A stretch of 63,805 bases of DNA, filler included, from an uncultured Acidimicrobiia bacterium (lineage in GTDB: Bacteria; Actinomycetota; Acidimicrobiia; Spongiisociales; JAOTWH01), in assembly GCA_964347285.1 (NCBI GenBank). It is 3 parts of 3 records of this genome, joined end to end, with 100 filler letters (N's around TTAATTAATTAA, not from the genome) between each part and the next. Parts side by side here need not be neighbours in the genome. Positions count along the whole stretch, not along the records: positions 1 to 23,111 come from CAYFYE010000034.1; positions 23,212 to 45,957 come from CAYFYE010000035.1; 1 more part is not named here. One strand, written 5' to 3'. The notes under the pieces were generated by a model that was not told the origin of the DNA, searched no databases, and saw nothing but the letters and a program-made list of their open reading frames with translations. How positions within the stretch are numbered: the stretch's first letter is position 1; each line of letters opens with the position of its first letter. Both the position numbers and the translations under genes were made by a program. Shown here piece by piece: positions 18,268 through 30,296 of this stretch.

Positions 18268-19481
18268 GAGGCGCTCCGCTCGAGGTTGGGAAGGTCGTCG
18301 GCTGCGACGCCCAGCTCCTGTGGAGAGGCGTAGGCATGACAGGCGACCGGATGCACCTGGGACCGGGCCTCGAGGACCGGATCCACCCGCCCGCAGATGT
18401 CCTGGGCGTAGGGACACCGGGTGTGGAAGCGGCAGGCGGGTTGGGGCTCGATCAGCTCGGGAACGGTCCCTTCGATCTCCACCAGTTCCCCACGCTTGTG
18501 GGCCCGGGAGGGTATGGCTGACAAAAGGCCCCTTGTATAGGGATGCAGCGGGTTGTGGAAGACGTCCTGCGTCTTTCCCATCTCGGCGATCCGCCCGGCA
18601 TACATCACCGCGATCCGGTCGCAGATGCGCCGGACCAGCGACAGGTCGTGGCTGATGTAGAGCACCGATGTTCGGTGCTGGAGCTGGAGCTCACGAACCA
18701 GCTCCAGGATCCGCGCCTGAATCGTCACGTCGAGCGCCGTCGTGGGCTCGTCGGCTATGAGGAGATCGGGGTTACAGGCGAGCGCCTGGGCGATCATCGC
18801 CCGCTGCTTCATGCCCCCGGATAGCTCATGCGGGTAGCTCGCCATCACCTTGCGCGGGTTGGGGATCTGCGTCTCGGCAAGGGCGTCGGCCACCAGCCCA
18901 TCGACCTTCCTCCGCAGACGTCGACCGTGGGAACGCAGGGGCGGCACCTTCAACGCCAGCCGTTCGAGCTTGCCGGAGCGCTGCCGGGCGGCTCTGCGGA
19001 TGGCGCGAGGTGGTTTCCGATTCCAGTCCTCGAGCAGCTCCTCGCTTCGATGCTGGTAGAAGACCTCGGCAAGCTGCTCGCGGATCGGCAGGGCAGGATT
19101 GAGCGCCTTGCCCGGGTCCTGGAAGATCATCGCGATGCGATTGCCGCGAATGTCCAACAGATCGGAGGACGGCACCTGAAGCAGGTCGATCGGCGGGTCA
19201 CCGTTCTGCCTCGCTTCCTTCGTCCAGAAATCGATGCGACCGCCGGCGTACTTGCCCGGCGGCGTGGGTACGAGCCGGAGGAACGAGCGCGCCGTGACGC
19301 TCTTGCCACAGCCCGTCTCCCCGACCAGGCCGAGGATCTCCCCATTCGAGATGTCAAATGAGACCCCGTCGACGGCGTGGAGCACCCCCGCCTTGGTGTC
19401 GAAGTGCACCCTCAGATCCCTGACGGAAGCGACCACGTTGGTGGTGACGCTTGCGGGAGGCACGGCCGTCGGGACCGTCAT
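18264..19481 (-). CDS. Oligopeptide/dipeptide ABC transporter ATPase (OppD/DppD-like)
   Basis: [32 protein letters not shown]. Confidence 0.92.
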   Translation of the reverse strand: MTVPTAVPPASVTTNVVASVRDLRVHFDTKAGVLHAVDGVSFDISNGEILGLVGETGCGKSVTARSFLRLVPTPPGKYAGGRIDFWTKEARQNGDPPIDLLQVPSSDLLDIRGNRIAMIFQDPGKALNPALPIREQLAEVFYQHRSEELLEDWNRKPPRAIRRAARQRSGKLERLALKVPPLRSHGRRLRRKVDGLVADALAETQIPNPRKVMASYPHELSGGMKQRAMIAQALACNPDLLIADEPTTALDVTIQARILELVRELQLQHRTSVLYISHDLSLVRRICDRIAVMYAGRIAEMGKTQDVFHNPLHPYTRGLLSAIPSRAHKRGELVEIEGTVPELIEPQPACRFHTRCPYAQDICGRVDPVLEARSQVHPVACHAYASPQELGVAADDLPNLERSAS

Positions 19482-20401
19482 CGACCCTCGGTGCGAGGAT
19501 CGAGGACGTCACGGAGGCCGTCGCCGAACAGGTTGAAGCCGAGGGCCCACAGGAACACCATGGCGCCGGGAATCGTCGAAGCCCACCAGCGACCGGCGGA
19601 GATACCCGCCTGGCCCTCACTCACGAGCACACCCCATTCGGCCAGGCCCGCCTCGGCGAGGCCGATGAAGCTGAGCGTGGCGGCAACGAGCACGATGTTG
19701 CCCATATCGAGGGTTGCCTGCACGATCACCGGGGTGACGGAGTTGGGGAGGATGTCCTTGCGGTAGATGTTCAGCTTGGAGTCACCGATCACCCGCGCCG
19801 ATTCGACGTACTCGTTGTTCTTCACATGGATGATCTGGCCCCTGATGATCCGGGCGTATTTCACCCAGAACACGACCGCCAGAGCAAAGATGATGTTGGC
19901 GAACGATGGCCCGAGCACGGCCGCGATTGCGAGCGCGAAAATCAGCTCGGGGATGGCGAGGAGCACGTCCACGAAACGCATGATGATCTCGTCGACCCTG
20001 CCGCCGACGTAGCCGGCGATGCTGCCGATGATGGTCCCCACCACCATGGTGATGCCCACGACGATCACCGACAGCTGGAGGGAGGTGCGGGCTCCCCACA
20101 CCACCCCGTAGAGAACGTCCCCACCCGTGGCCGTGGTACCCAGGGGATGGCCGGGCGTCCCCGGCGGCTCGTTCAAGGCCCCCCAGTCCCTCGGCATCTG
20201 GTAGGCGTCGGGGGTGTTGGGCTCGGCGATGAGCGGAGCGAACAACGCCATGCCGATCAGAGCGAGGATGATGACGAGGCCCGCCGCGGTGGTCGGGTTG
20301 CGCAGGACCTCCCGGGTCAACTCGGCGAAGCGGCGGGCGCGAATCGCCAGCGGGCCGGTGGTGAAGGAGGGGACACGTCGCCGAGCTGTGGTATCGACCA
20401 T
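19478..20401 (-). CDS. Peptide ABC transporter permease (OppC/DppC-like)
   Basis: HPLGT...G.D, EYVESARVIG EAA loop. Confidence 0.92.
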   Translation of the reverse strand: MVDTTARRRVPSFTTGPLAIRARRFAELTREVLRNPTTAAGLVIILALIGMALFAPLIAEPNTPDAYQMPRDWGALNEPPGTPGHPLGTTATGGDVLYGVVWGARTSLQLSVIVVGITMVVGTIIGSIAGYVGGRVDEIIMRFVDVLLAIPELIFALAIAAVLGPSFANIIFALAVVFWVKYARIIRGQIIHVKNNEYVESARVIGDSKLNIYRKDILPNSVTPVIVQATLDMGNIVLVAATLSFIGLAEAGLAEWGVLVSEGQAGISAGRWWASTIPGAMVFLWALGFNLFGDGLRDVLDPRTEGR

Positions 20402-20404
20402 GAC

Positions 20405-21418
20405 TCAGTCTCCCAGCACGACGCGCCGGTCGAGGTAGGCGTAGATGATGTCGACGACCAGGTTGACGATGAGGAAGAGAATGCTGGTGAACAGGACGTA
20501 CGCCATGATCGTCGCCTGGTCGCCGCGCAACACCGCGTCGGCCATCCACCGTCCCATTCCCGGCCAGATGAAGATGATCTCGACCACCACCGTCCCTTGG
20601 AGGAGGAACCCGAAGCCGAGCCCGATGACGGTCACCGTTGGGATCAGGGCGTTGCGGCGGGCGTGACGGCGGAGAACCATGCGCTCGGGCAATCCTTTCG
20701 CCCGCGCAGCATCCACGTAGTCCTCGTTGAGCTCCTCGGCCAACGACGAGCGCATCATGCGGGTGATGATGGCGGTCGCTCCATAGCCCAGCACCAGTGC
20801 CGGCAAGATCAGGTGCCAGATGGCATCGCGGAACGCGGTGAAGCTGCCGGCCAAGAGCGCGTCGACGGTGTAGAGACCGGTGGGGTGTGGGATCGATGCG
20901 TAGATCTCGGCGTCGGAGCGGCCGATGGGAAACCAGCCCAGGTTGACCCAGAAGATGATGAGGAGCACGATCGCGAGCCAGAAGACCGGCGTGGCGGCTC
21001 CGCTGATGGCGAACACCCGGGTGACGTGATCCGGCAGCCGGTTTCGTCTAGCCCCAGCGAACGTTCCGAGGCTGATCCCCAACGACACCGCGACGATGGC
21101 CGCCGCCACGGATAACTCGAGGGTGGCGGCGAGGCGCCGCGGCAAGACATCCATCACGGGAGCCGCCGCCACCCCGGAGTATCCGAGGTCACCGCGGAGC
21201 ACCCCTCCCGCCCAGGCCAGGTACTGCACCGGGAGGGGATCGTTGAGGCCGTAGCGCTCCTCGATCTCCTCGACCTCCTCCGGCGTCATCTCGTGCTCGA
21301 GGTAGATGGCGATGGGGTTGCCACCCATCCGACCCAGGGTGAACACGATCAGCGACGTCCCCACCAGGATGATCGGCAGGATCATCAGCCGCCTGATTAC
21401 GTACTCACGGACCTGCAT
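20405..21418 (-). CDS. Peptide ABC transporter permease (OppB/DppB-like)
   Basis: GLNDPLPVQY, GDLGYS, DYVDAARAKGL, RNALIP. Confidence 0.92.
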   Translation of the reverse strand: MQVREYVIRRLMILPIILVGTSLIVFTLGRMGGNPIAIYLEHEMTPEEVEEIEERYGLNDPLPVQYLAWAGGVLRGDLGYSGVAAAPVMDVLPRRLAATLELSVAAAIVAVSLGISLGTFAGARRNRLPDHVTRVFAISGAATPVFWLAIVLLIIFWVNLGWFPIGRSDAEIYASIPHPTGLYTVDALLAGSFTAFRDAIWHLILPALVLGYGATAIITRMMRSSLAEELNEDYVDAARAKGLPERMVLRRHARRNALIPTVTVIGLGFGFLLQGTVVVEIIFIWPGMGRWMADAVLRGDQATIMAYVLFTSILFLIVNLVVDIIYAYLDRRVVLGD

Positions 21419-21476
21419 GCGTGTGATCTAATCCGTTGTGTCGCTCACTACCGACTACTGATAACTCCTGAAACAA

Positions 21477-21509
21477 GCATGCGCCCGGCCTTGACGGTCG
21501 GGCGCATGC
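21477..21509 (-). terminator. Stem-loop between the substrate-binding and permease genes
   Basis: 11-bp perfect arms GCATGCGCCCG/CGGGCGCATGC followed by TTGTTT on the minus strand. Confidence 0.65.
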
Positions 21510-21524
21510 AAGGAAGATCACTGG

Positions 21525-23111
21525 CTACTTGTCGAAGAACTGGAACTTCAGGCTGGGGCGGGGCCACAGCGGGTTCATGTCGAAGTTCTGCACCCACGTG
21601 CGGTGGGCCATGAGCGCTCTCTCGTTGCCGGCCAGGATCCACATCGGATCGTCGAAGAGCAGCTGAGTGAGCTCCTGGTAGATCTCGACCCGGCGATCGG
21701 TGTCGGTCGACACCGCCGCCTCGTCGATGAGGGCGGCGATGCCGTCGGCGTCCTGGTACCCGTTCCGGAAGTTGTGGACCGCGCCCCACTCTCCATCCGG
21801 ATGCTCGTATGCGGCGAACAATGCGGCCGGGTCGCCGAACGGGTCGGCGTTCTTGATCCACGCCGGATATTCAAACGGGACTTGAGCATGGGCGTCGTCG
21901 AACTGCACCTCCACCACCGCCAGGACGTTGATGTGGAAGTTCGGGTTGAGAGATTCCAGCGAGTCCTTCAAGACGAGACCCGCGACCTCGAAGATGCCGC
22001 CCTCCTCGACGAGCACCGTCATGGTGAACCCTTCATCCCACCACCCGGTCTCCCGGAACAGCTCCTCGGCCCGAGCCAGGTCTGTTTCGTAGCGCGGCAG
22101 GGAGTCGTCGTACGCAAGCATTCCCTGCGGGAGGTAGTGGGGGACGGTCCCGCCGAGACCCACCAATCCTCCCTCGATGAAGTTGTCGTAGTTGAACGCG
22201 TAGTTGAAGGCCTGGCGCACCCGGGGATCCCAAAAGAAGTCGGCTGGGACGGTGTCCTCGGGGGGCAGCAGATCCTCTTGGATGTCGAGGTTGAGCCCGA
22301 CGTGCACCGGCTCCAGCAACCAACCGCCGGTGAAGACCGTTACCCCGTCGGCACCTTCGAGGTCGGCGACGAAGGTCGGGTCGGTCTCGATCGAGTCGTA
22401 GTCGCCGGCCCGCAGGCCGAGCACCCGCACGTCGGCGTCGGGCACCTGTTCGATGCGCACGTCGAGATTGGCGGGCTCGCCCCAGTAGCCGTCGAAGACC
22501 TCCAGCTGGATGTCCTCGTTTCGGTTCCACGCCGTCAGGGTGTAGGGGCCGGTGCCGACCGCATTGCCGGAGAAAAACTCGTTGGGCTGGCCGGCGACGA
22601 CCCCGCCGTTGGCCTCCACCGCTTCCTGACTCACGATCGACGCGACGGCAGCCGTGACCACCGAATTGAGGAAAGCGGCGTTGCGCTCGTTCAGGGTCAC
22701 CACGAAGTTGTTGCCGTCAACCGCGGTCTCCGCGACGAGGTCGGCGAGGATGCTGCTGTTGCCCTCGGGCAAGTCCATCGTGAGGGCGCGGTCCCAGGAG
22801 AACTTGACCACGTCGGCCGTGAGCTCGCTGCCGTCGTGGAAGACCACGCCATCACGGATCGGGAAGGTGTACGTGAGCCCGTCTTCGGATATGAGACCGT
22901 TGTCGACCGATGGAACCTCGGTGGAGAGTCCGGGGACCAGGTCGGGCCCACCGGGACCGACTTCCACCAGACGGTCGTACACCTGGAGGATCACCGTCTC
23001 GCCAGCCTCGCCGGCCGCCACCTGGGCCGGGTCGACGCTGAGGGGCTCGTCATCGGCGGCGTGCACGTAAACACCCGGGTTGCTGACATCACCGCTCGGC
23101 TCGGCCTCCTC
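21525..23111 (-). CDS. Family 5 ABC substrate-binding protein (OppA/DppA-like), 5' end truncated by contig end
   Basis: SEDGLTYTFPIRDGVVFHDGSELTADVVKFSWDR, GTGPY, RVRQAFNYAF. Confidence 0.92.
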   Translation of the reverse strand, partial: EEAEPSGDVSNPGVYVHAADDEPLSVDPAQVAAGEAGETVILQVYDRLVEVGPGGPDLVPGLSTEVPSVDNGLISEDGLTYTFPIRDGVVFHDGSELTADVVKFSWDRALTMDLPEGNSSILADLVAETAVDGNNFVVTLNERNAAFLNSVVTAAVASIVSQEAVEANGGVVAGQPNEFFSGNAVGTGPYTLTAWNRNEDIQLEVFDGYWGEPANLDVRIEQVPDADVRVLGLRAGDYDSIETDPTFVADLEGADGVTVFTGGWLLEPVHVGLNLDIQEDLLPPEDTVPADFFWDPRVRQAFNYAFNYDNFIEGGLVGLGGTVPHYLPQGMLAYDDSLPRYETDLARAEELFRETGWWDEGFTMTVLVEEGGIFEVAGLVLKDSLESLNPNFHINVLAVVEVQFDDAHAQVPFEYPAWIKNADPFGDPAALFAAYEHPDGEWGAVHNFRNGYQDADGIAALIDEAAVSTDTDRRVEIYQELTQLLFDDPMWILAGNERALMAHRTWVQNFDMNPLWPRPSLKFQFFDK

Positions 23112-23211
23112 NNNNNNNNNNNNNNNNNNNNNNNNNNNNNNNNNNNNNNNNNNNNTTAATTAATTAANNNNNNNNNNNNNNNNNNNNNNNNNNNNNNNNN
23201 NNNNNNNNNNN
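23112..23211. other. Artificial contig-joining spacer
   Basis: 44N + TTAATTAATTAA (stops in all six frames) + 44N. Confidence 0.97.
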
Positions 23212-23985
23212 CGACAACCCGCACTGATCGCACGCCAGATGTTGGCTGAAGGTCATGGTCGGCCCGTCGATCACCTGCACCATCGCCACCCCCTCCGCCA
23301 GTGACAGGGCGGTCTCGAGCGATTCGGCCAGGCGGCGGCCGACGCCCTCCTTCCTCACCAGGCGATCGACCACCACTTCGATCGAGTGCTGATAGTAGCG
23401 ATCGAGGCGGATGTCCTCGGTGAGATCGCGCTGTTCCCCGTCGATGAGCGCTCGGCTGAAGCCCTGCTTCCTCAAGTCTTTGAGCAGGGCCTCGTACTCC
23501 CCTTTGCGCCCCCGCACCACCGGGGCCAGTACCTGGAAGCGGATCCCTTCGTCGAGCTCCATGATGCGATCGACGATCTGCTGAGGGGTCTGGCGGGACA
23601 CCTCCCGGCCGCAGTTGGGGCAATGGGGGGTGCCCACCCGGGCGTACAGGAGGCGCAGGTAATCGTGGATCTCGGTGACGGTGCCTACGGTCGAGCGCGG
23701 GTTTCGGCTGGCCGCCTTCTGATCGATCGAGATCGCCGGCGACAAACCTTCGATGAAGTCGACGTCCGGTTTCTCCAGCTGTCCAAGGAACTGCCGGGCG
23801 TAGGCAGAGAGGCTTTCCACATACCGCCGCTGTCCTTCGGCGTAGATGGTGTCGAACGCCAAGCTCGACTTTCCGGATCCGGACAATCCGGTGAAGACGA
23901 TGAGCTGGTTGCGGGGCAGCTCGAGCGTCAGGTTCTTCAGGTTGTGCTCGCGAGCGCCCTGGATGACGATGTGATCGTTGGACAC
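23212..23985 (-). CDS. uvrA: Excinuclease ABC subunit A (5' part)
   Basis: [37 protein letters not shown]. Confidence 0.98.
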
Positions 23986-24027
23986 GAAACGGCTGGTCGG
24001 GAGGAGGAGTGTACTGCGCCCTCCTGC

Positions 24028-26064
24028 TCAGCCCTCCCCCAGCCCGGTGGCGAGGTACAGGGAGATGCCCTCCGGGCTCGTCCGGCGGGGACGAGCTTCC
24101 ACCCGCCGCTCGAGGCTCTCCCAGGTCAGTTCGATGCGGGTCGGCTCCGGGCCGAACCGGAGTGGCTCGGCGCTGATCACGGCCAGCGACCTGCCCAGCT
24201 CCTGCCAGCCGGTGTTCAGTGCTTCGAGCTCGGCCTCGGTCAGATCCAGCGCCCGGGCCGCCGGCACGCGACAGAATCCTCTCAGCGTCTGCACGATGGA
24301 ACGGCCCGGCTGGTCGGCGGCATCTTCGGCGATCAGGACGGCTCCGTCACCGCCGATCTCGGAGCACAACGCCTCGACCGAATCGAGGGCGCCGACGTGG
24401 TCGCCGGCCTCGGCCAGTGGTCCGAGATGGAACAGCGGAGCGGCGATCACCGCCGCCAGCGTCACCACGGCGGTCAGGCGGGCCGGCGTCCTGATCCGCT
24501 CCGGACCTTCCCACAGGCGATCCGTCACCCACCCGGCGCCGAGCAAGAGGGCCGGTATCGTCACCGGAAGGAACGCCCGCATCACCCCGATGTGGATCGG
24601 ATCCGTGCCCAAATCGGCCATCACCGCAAACGTGGTCACCACCACCACCAGCAACAGCAGGTAGGTCCGCCGATCCCGGCCCTCGCCGAACGTCAACGTC
24701 AGCATGGCAACGCCGGCCAGCCCGATGGGTGCGGTCCACGGTCCCAGGTACCACGCCAGCCACTGCCCGATCTCCTCGGCATACGTGCGGGTGCCGTCCA
24801 CGGGAACGCCCTCGACCTCCTGAACTGCCTCGACGGCCGGCGAAGCGACCGGCCGGTGTGTTTCGGGACGGGCGTAGAGGGCCAGGGCGCCGCCGACCAG
24901 CACGACGAAGGCCGTGACCACGGCAAAGGCGCGCCGGGGGTCGGCGTAGGCGAAACGGGGCGCCCGCACCGAGCGGCTCACCACACCGAACATGGCGATG
25001 ACCACGGCCACGATCGCCGCCGCCACGGCCAGGGCCCGATAAGGCCCTCCGCCCACCTGCACACCGTGCATCCAGATGTCGACGCCGCCGATCGCCAGCG
25101 GCACGGCGTAGCCGGCGGCCAGGGCAACCAGAAATCGACGGCGACGGCGGGCCGCCGACCAGGTGAGGCGGGTGGCTTCCACCAACTCCAGCACGACGAA
25201 CGCCGCCAGCGCCACGCCCACCACGGCCCAGCGAGGTCCGGCCATGGCCGGCAGGCCCAACGAGATGCCGATGATCACCCCCCGGCCCGGATCGTCGTAC
25301 CTGGATTCTCCCCACAACAGGCCCAGCCCACCGAACACGAACGAGAGCACGAGGATCTCGGGGTAACCGCCTCGGGCCAGCTGGACGAAGGGCAGGGTCA
25401 GGGCCAGGGCCGCGCTCACGGCGACCGCCGTCCACGTGTGCAACAGCCGGACGGCAAACCAGTAGAAGACCAGCACCGCCACGGCAGCCCAGATCGCGCT
25501 GGACCTCGTCAGTGCCCCGGCTCCGAGCCAACCCACCACAGCGTCGAGAGCGGGCAGCAAGTGGGACGCCTGAGACCTCAGCTGCATCCCCACTCTCCCC
25601 TCACTGAAGCCGTCCGCGGCGAACCCGACTCTGGCCCCCTCGAAGGCGCCCGTCTCGCCGTCCACGTCCAGCCTTCCGCTGATCGACAGCTGCCGGGCGG
25701 CGTTGACCATCGTGCCGGTTTCGCCATCGGTGAGTACCTGTTGGGAGGGGTTGGCCCAGTTGAACACGAGGGTGGCGACGGCCAAGAGGGCCACCGCCGC
25801 GGCGGCCGCGGTGCCACCGGTCGTGCGGGTGGTGACTCGCTCGTAGCGATACAGCCAGGAGTAGACGGTGTAGGAGGCAGCTCCCCCCAGAGCCAGCACC
25901 GGGCCGACCCGATGGAATCCCAGCAGTGCCAGCACCGTGCCCACCAGCGAGAACCCGATGAGAACGCTGAGCACCGCTCCCACGATCCGATCGAACCACC
26001 ATGGGACCGGGGCTTCTCCCCGGGCCGGAGACCAATCCAGCGGCGAAGAGGATGTTTCAGTCAT
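24028..26064 (-). CDS. Polytopic membrane protein, probable GT-C fold glycosyltransferase-like
   Basis: More than 12 hydrophobic segments, a large loop after the N-terminal helices, and a C-terminal extracytoplasmic domain; the function is an inference. Confidence 0.55.
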   Translation of the reverse strand: MTETSSSPLDWSPARGEAPVPWWFDRIVGAVLSVLIGFSLVGTVLALLGFHRVGPVLALGGAASYTVYSWLYRYERVTTRTTGGTAAAAAVALLAVATLVFNWANPSQQVLTDGETGTMVNAARQLSISGRLDVDGETGAFEGARVGFAADGFSEGRVGMQLRSQASHLLPALDAVVGWLGAGALTRSSAIWAAVAVLVFYWFAVRLLHTWTAVAVSAALALTLPFVQLARGGYPEILVLSFVFGGLGLLWGESRYDDPGRGVIIGISLGLPAMAGPRWAVVGVALAAFVVLELVEATRLTWSAARRRRRFLVALAAGYAVPLAIGGVDIWMHGVQVGGGPYRALAVAAAIVAVVIAMFGVVSRSVRAPRFAYADPRRAFAVVTAFVVLVGGALALYARPETHRPVASPAVEAVQEVEGVPVDGTRTYAEEIGQWLAWYLGPWTAPIGLAGVAMLTLTFGEGRDRRTYLLLLVVVVTTFAVMADLGTDPIHIGVMRAFLPVTIPALLLGAGWVTDRLWEGPERIRTPARLTAVVTLAAVIAAPLFHLGPLAEAGDHVGALDSVEALCSEIGGDGAVLIAEDAADQPGRSIVQTLRGFCRVPAARALDLTEAELEALNTGWQELGRSLAVISAEPLRFGPEPTRIELTWESLERRVEARPRRTSPEGISLYLATGLGEG

Positions 26065-26103
26065 CGACCGGCGACCGATTCGTCTCGAGGTCGCAGTGCC
26101 CGC

Positions 26104-28116
<2,013 letters not shown>

Positions 28117-28177
28117 CGCAGGTGAACCGTAGCCGTACTAGAAGGCGCTTCCGATCACGATACGTCGACCTCGGCGA

Positions 28178-28771
28178 CTACGGGGTCCGGTGTGCGAGCC
28201 ATTCCATCAGGCGATCGGCCTGCTCTTCGAGGTCTTCGAGGGTTCCGCTGTTGTCGACCAGGTAGTCGGCCGCCGCCCGCCACTCCTCCCGGGAAGGTTG
28301 GGCGGCCATCCGATGCTCGATGTCGTCGGCTTCGAGCCCCTTTCCCTCCAGGCGTCGGCGCCGCTCCTCGACCGGCGCGTCCACCACCACTCTCGGCCAC
28401 TGTTCGCCCACCACACCGCGGACCAGGGGTATCTCGACCACCACCAACTCGGCCTCGGCCGCCTCGACCAGCTCGGCGATGCGTCGCGAGATGGCGGGGT
28501 GGGTCATCGCCTCCAGCTCCGCCAGCTGGCCGGGATCGGTGAACACTATGTCGGCGAGGCGGCGACGATCGATGCGTCCCTCGACCACCACCTCCGGCCA
28601 GCGCCGGGCGACGGGTCCGAAGGCCTCACCCCCCGGATCGAGAACGGCGTGCCCCACGGCGTCGGCGTCGATGGTCATCGCGCCCCGGGCGGCCAGGGCA
28701 GACCCCAGCGCACTCTTGCCCGATCCGATTGCTCCGGTGACCACGACGCACACCGTGTTCGAGGAGCCCAT
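28178..28771 (-). CDS. coaE: Dephospho-CoA kinase
   Basis: TGAIGSGKS, IDAD, IDRRRLADIVF, THP; TACAGT 6 nt before the ATG. Confidence 0.93.
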   Translation of the reverse strand: MGSSNTVCVVVTGAIGSGKSALGSALAARGAMTIDADAVGHAVLDPGGEAFGPVARRWPEVVVEGRIDRRRLADIVFTDPGQLAELEAMTHPAISRRIAELVEAAEAELVVVEIPLVRGVVGEQWPRVVVDAPVEERRRRLEGKGLEADDIEHRMAAQPSREEWRAAADYLVDNSGTLEDLEEQADRLMEWLAHRTP

Positions 28772-28796
28772 CGACGGACTGTACCCTTGTCGCCCG

Positions 28797-30296
28797 ATGA
28801 GCGACCTCCTCTCGTGGGAAACCCGGTTCCGGTGGATCCTGTCGGTCTGGCACTGGGGCGCTCTCATGCTGGGCGTGTTCGTCGCCGCCATTCGCCTCGA
28901 CCCCGGGCCCGGGCAGGTGGTCGCCGGTGCTCTGGTCGGCGCCTATGTGGTCACCGTCGAAGCGCTTCCCCACTCTCTGAAGAGCCGGGCCGTCTCCGGC
29001 GAAGTCCTCGTGGTGGCGGGCGTGTCGGCTTCCCTGGCGGCCATGGCCCTCACCGGAGGCACCGAGAGCCCCTATGCCATCTTCTCTTTGGCCCCGACGT
29101 TCCTGGCCGCCACCTTCATCGGGACCAGGGCCGGCCTGACCGCGGCTCTCCTCTCGGCCGCCGGCGTGGCAGCCGTTGCAGCCGTGCTCGATGAGAACCT
29201 GCCGGGAAGCCAGGTGCTTGTCTTCGGAGCGCTCTACCTGGTCATCGCCGTTGGTCAATCCCAAGCGCGACGCCTCCTGATCGAGGGTCAGCGCCAGGCG
29301 GTATTTCGGCGTACCTCTGCCGAAGCCCAGGCCGGCGCACAGCGCGTCGAGGCCGCTCACGCCCTGCTCACCGACTTGGCCCCACTCGCCGACGCCGCCC
29401 ACCTCAACCCGATCACGGTGGGACGAGAAGCGCTGCGCATGCTGGACGAGATAACCGCCTTCGAGGCCGGATGGGTGGCCCTGGCCGGGCACAACGGCCC
29501 GGCGGTGGTGGCCCGCCGGAGAGAGGAAGAAGTACGCCACCATCGAGCGGTCTTTGCGCTCGAGGTCGACGGAAGAGAGGTGGGCTTCGTTGTGCTGGCT
29601 CGCCCGTCGGACTTCGATGACCAGGAACGCCGACTGGTGTCGACCGCCCTCCGGCCCGTCGCCCTCGCCTTCGACAACATCCTGATCCTGCGCGACATCG
29701 CCCGCAAGGCCGTGCACCAAGAACGCATCCGGCTCGCCCGGGAGCTCCACGACGAAATCGGCCCCTCGCTGGCCTCCCTGGGCCTGGCCCTCGACCTGGC
29801 CATCCTCCAATACCCCACCGAGCCCGACCTCACCGCCCACCTCGAGGATCTTCGCTCGGAGGTGGGCGCCCTGGTGGAAGAGGTTCGAAGCGCGGTGAGC
29901 GACCTGCGCCGGGACGAACCCCTCGGTCTGGTCCAGCGAGCCGCAGCTCTCGCCGCCGACGTCGACCCGGATGGTCCCCAGGTCTTCGTCAAGCTCGATG
30001 AGCGTCGCCCGCCCCGTCCCGCCTTGGCGGACGACCTTGACGCCATCGTCACCGAGGCCTTCCGCAACGCCGTGCGCCACTCCGGAGCCGAAGAGGTCAG
30101 AATCGAAGGCTTCGTCGACTACGGAACGGGCAAGGTGATCGTGGCCGACGACGGACGGGGCTTCGACACGACCACCGACCATGCCGGCCATTTCGGCCTG
30201 CTGGGAATGAGTGAGCGGGCCGCCCGGATCGGGGCCACGCTCACGGTGGAGAGCGTTCCGGGAGCAGGAACCGAGGTCTCCGTGGAATGGGGATGA
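28797..30296 (+). CDS. Membrane sensor histidine kinase (HisKA_3/NarX-type)
   Basis: N-terminal TM bundle, ERIRLARELHD H-box, EAFRNAVRHS, DDGRGF, GLLGMSERA. Confidence 0.93.
   Translation: MSDLLSWETRFRWILSVWHWGALMLGVFVAAIRLDPGPGQVVAGALVGAYVVTVEALPHSLKSRAVSGEVLVVAGVSASLAAMALTGGTESPYAIFSLAPTFLAATFIGTRAGLTAALLSAAGVAAVAAVLDENLPGSQVLVFGALYLVIAVGQSQARRLLIEGQRQAVFRRTSAEAQAGAQRVEAAHALLTDLAPLADAAHLNPITVGREALRMLDEITAFEAGWVALAGHNGPAVVARRREEEVRHHRAVFALEVDGREVGFVVLARPSDFDDQERRLVSTALRPVALAFDNILILRDIARKAVHQERIRLARELHDEIGPSLASLGLALDLAILQYPTEPDLTAHLEDLRSEVGALVEEVRSAVSDLRRDEPLGLVQRAAALAADVDPDGPQVFVKLDERRPPRPALADDLDAIVTEAFRNAVRHSGAEEVRIEGFVDYGTGKVIVADDGRGFDTTTDHAGHFGLLGMSERAARIGATLTVESVPGAGTEVSVEWG

Noticed and set aside
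1..23111. Assignment of the island to nicotine degradation
   Set aside because: Only family-level resemblance (Pnh-like hydrolase, SSADH, Mo subunit); no recognisable hydroxynicotine oxidase or dihydroxypyridine hydroxylase.
23112..23211. TTAATTAATTAA palindrome flanked by Ns (also at 45958-46057)
   Set aside because: Identical synthetic six-frame-stop spacer joining contigs. It is not biological, and no linkage across it is inferred.
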